DNA of 64,000 nucleotides from the NCBI GenBank assembly GCA_963675755.2, contig CAXXMD010000002.1, positions 2,144,001 through 2,208,000 on the forward strand. The letters are read 5' to 3'. This stretch comes from a bacterium (GTDB lineage Bacteria > Zhuqueibacterota > Zhuqueibacteria > Residuimicrobiales > Krinioviventaceae). Within the stretch, counting starts at the first letter, position 1. Every line of letters begins with the position of its first letter. The translations under genes were made by a program, and so were the position numbers. Shown in pieces: positions 63,051 to 64,000 of this stretch. Under the pieces are notes generated by a model, which saw only the letters and a list, made by a program, of their open reading frames with translations, had not been told where the DNA came from and did not search any database.

Positions 63051-63170
63051 GCCTTTTTCCATAAGTTATCGTTTGGTTCTGACAGCTTGCCCTTTAAATA
63101 TTAAGTATAATAATTTTAACAAGTTGTAAGTTCTTATGGCAACTAATAAATTTGAATTTAATAATTGAAT

Positions 63171-64000
63171 CTATCGTAACAAAATTTTTCTCGCATCAAA
63201 ATTATCAAGAGTATCTTTTTCAATGAATTCAACTTTAAGCCTTTTCAAATTGGGAATATCAGCTATATATTCCATCAATCTAATTCTTATTATATTTACA
63301 TTAATTCCGATCTTTTCTTTATTGTAAACTATTAACAAAACTGGAACAACGGATTTCCTTAATGAATTTGCTTTATAGTACGAAACATAGGTATTAAGTT
63401 TATCAATCGCTCTTTTCAGAGTAGCAAAAGGTAATTGATTATCAAAAAATTTAATCTCAATTATTCTATCTGCAAATTTTTTAGTTTTTGCTTTTAAAAA
63501 CAAATCAATATAGAAACGATTTCCAAGTATTTGTTCAGTATAAACCTCAAAATTAGGACTCTTCAAATCTTTGAAAATTTTATATATCCTTTGTTCAACT
63601 TCCACATATTTATTATAAATATCTTTTTTCTTACCATGAACATTATTTTTTAGTTCAATTCTCTTATCAAACTCAATTTCATCAACTTCATTTTTAGCTT
63701 TCTCTTCTTTCTCTTCAGGAGTCATTGATTTTAATTCAATCTTTAACTTATCAAGTTCTATTTCAAATCTTTCATCAATTATTGCCTGTTTTTTAAACCA
63801 TCGAATTAATCCAAACATACAAGAAGCAATACCTATTAGAAGCATCAAAATAGAAGAAAAAAGTAGATATTTTTGTATCAACATTACTAAATTCTGTTTT
63901 GATACAATCAGCTTCTGAACAGGTTCTTCAAACTTTAATAGTTGTTCTTTTTCTAAATATAAACCAAAATCCTCTTGTAAATATAAATAAGGTATTATAA
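63171..64000 (-). CDS. AT-rich membrane-anchored protein with a PD-(D/E)XK-like C-terminal domain; 5' end beyond the window
   Basis: Frame open from 63998 (IIPYLYLQEDFG...). TM helix, coiled coil, then E...YIDLFL...IIEIK. Confidence 0.6.
   Translation of the reverse strand, partial: IIPYLYLQEDFGLYLEKEQLLKFEEPVQKLIVSKQNLVMLIQKYLLFSSILMLLIGIASCMFGLIRWFKKQAIIDERFEIELDKLKIELKSMTPEEKEEKAKNEVDEIEFDKRIELKNNVHGKKKDIYNKYVEVEQRIYKIFKDLKSPNFEVYTEQILGNRFYIDLFLKAKTKKFADRIIEIKFFDNQLPFATLKRAIDKLNTYVSYYKANSLRKSVVPVLLIVYNKEKIGINVNIIRIRLMEYIADIPNLKRLKVEFIEKDTLDNFDARKILLR

Noticed and set aside
1-64000. tRNA, rRNA, prophage or stop-codon recoding
   Set aside because: No cloverleaf, rRNA or phage hallmark genes were recognised by eye, and conserved genes are full-length under the standard code. 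tRNAscan/Infernal were not run.

Overview
About 64 kb of a roughly 40-45% GC bacterial chromosome. Gene content (PorU/PorV-like pair, FlgD-Ig/T9SS-type C-terminal sorting domains, lptE next to a sigma-54 activator and a TPR gene, NagB-PIG-L fusion) suggests an FCB-superphylum lineage such as KSB1 or Calditrichota; this is inference. Housekeeping genes include purD, uvrB, alr, pfkA and nagB. Also present are a PAS hybrid kinase with an Hpt partner, a TPR/CsgG lipoprotein-large adhesin-like protein-beta-barrel operon, and a 12.5 kb minus-strand run linking surface-glycan genes to a C25 (PorU-like) sortase and PorV. The right end (52.8-64 kb) is a repeat-rich accessory region. It holds a complete IS3 element, a 280-bp MITE inserted into a REP-like hairpin with a 4-bp target duplication, and two GxxExxY nuclease-like genes with periodic inverted or direct arms. 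Several palindromic repeat families are nested upstream of uvrB. No rRNA, tRNA, CRISPR array or prophage was recognised. All calls come from manual reading of motifs; no searches were run.
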